Shown piece by piece: positions 31,544 through 32,000 of a stretch of DNA of 32,000 bases. Source of the DNA: Wallemia ichthyophaga EXF-994. Lineage: Eukaryota; Fungi; Basidiomycota. Position 1 is the first letter of the stretch, and every line of letters starts with the position of its first letter. Both the position numbers and the translations under genes were made by a program. The notes beneath the pieces are model-generated. The model had not been told where the DNA came from. It worked only from the letters and a program-made list of their open reading frames with translations, and searched no databases. Where the stretch lies: NCBI RefSeq assembly GCF_000400465.1, contig NW_008806280.1:450001-482000 (forward strand), in the 5' to 3' direction.

Positions 31544-32000
31544 TCACACCACATCCCCCTCGCTTTCGCTCTCGCTGTCAAAGTGCAGCTGCAGGCCTTG
31601 TGTGTTTCTCTTGGCGAACGTGTATCCATCGCCGCATGGCGGGTGGGGGATAGGCAGGAGGAGTACAGTCCAGTGTCTACGAGAGGCTGTCAGAGAAGGG
31701 GAGAAGAGCGCCACATACCCACCTGCGACCGCCACCAATGTTGAAAAAGAGCGACAAGTTCTTCGCCCACCCGAAGTCGTAGGGGTTGATAGCAGTGTAA
31801 GCAGGCTGAAGCTGGGTAGTGAGAGAATGTGTGAGTATGAGTGTGCACCATATCTCAAATAAGCAACTCACGCCATTTCTTCGATCCCGCCTCACAGCTT
31901 TTCTGTACGCTCTATGATCCTCGTACTCGACACTAGTGAGGCCTTGAAACACGAGCGAGAGCTGCCACGCAGCCATTACACCGACAACGCTTCCAATAAG
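31544..32000 (-). CDS. DHHC palmitoyltransferase, C-terminal part (Pfa4-like); gene runs off the right edge
   Basis: The spliced join reads VMAAWQLSLVFQGLTSVEY..NG|LQPAYTAINPYDFGWAKNLSLFF..GR|RHWTVLLLP..GDGYTF, matching the post-TM4 TTxE-like, PYDxG..N and GDG motifs of DHHC enzymes. The DHHC motif itself lies outside the window. Confidence 0.7.

Noticed and set aside
695-31976. The many short ORFs overlapping or antisense to real genes in the ORF track
   Set aside because: They are shadows of real CDSs, mostly with GTG/TTG starts that are not valid defaults in a eukaryote, and they have no family motifs.
1-32000. Transposons, tRNAs, CRISPR arrays, or a functional or biosynthetic gene cluster
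   Set aside because: I saw no transposase/RT motifs, terminal repeats with target-site duplications, cloverleafs or spaced repeat arrays. The neighbouring genes have unrelated housekeeping functions.

Overview
This is a very compact, intron-containing fungal genomic window. The short introns (mostly 44-60 nt), tiny intergenic spacers and protein sequences suggest a basidiomycete, possibly Wallemia; that assignment is inference. I could reconstruct about 20 protein-coding genes by hand, mostly housekeeping: BLM10 (partial), PCP1-like rhomboid, a 4-TM protein, RPL12, HUS1, NAD kinase, TPA1/OGFOD1, acylpeptide hydrolase, a hypothetical protein, U2A'/LEA1, a PPR protein, septin CDC3, a VHS/GAT-like protein, CCT7, a RING-H2 E3, YND1 apyrase, SPT7, EFG1 and a DHHC palmitoyltransferase (partial). 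The ORF track uses GTG/TTG starts and ignores introns, so many of its starts are wrong. The most interesting part is the apparently empty stretch at about 2150-3860. It holds a spliced non-coding host transcript with two intronic box C/D snoRNAs. One is SNORD79-like and targets the LSU rRNA. The other is a long snoRNA with a canonical 5.8S A43 methylation guide plus a bipartite 18S guide that would loop out the CCG acetylation site of helix 34 (ac4C1280 in yeast), in a snR4-like way. The same stretch also contains a 3-exon, 67-aa microprotein gene that the ORF track misses. rRNA target sequences and numbering are recalled from conserved yeast/human rRNA and were not checked against this organism. 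I saw no mobile elements, tRNAs or CRISPR arrays.
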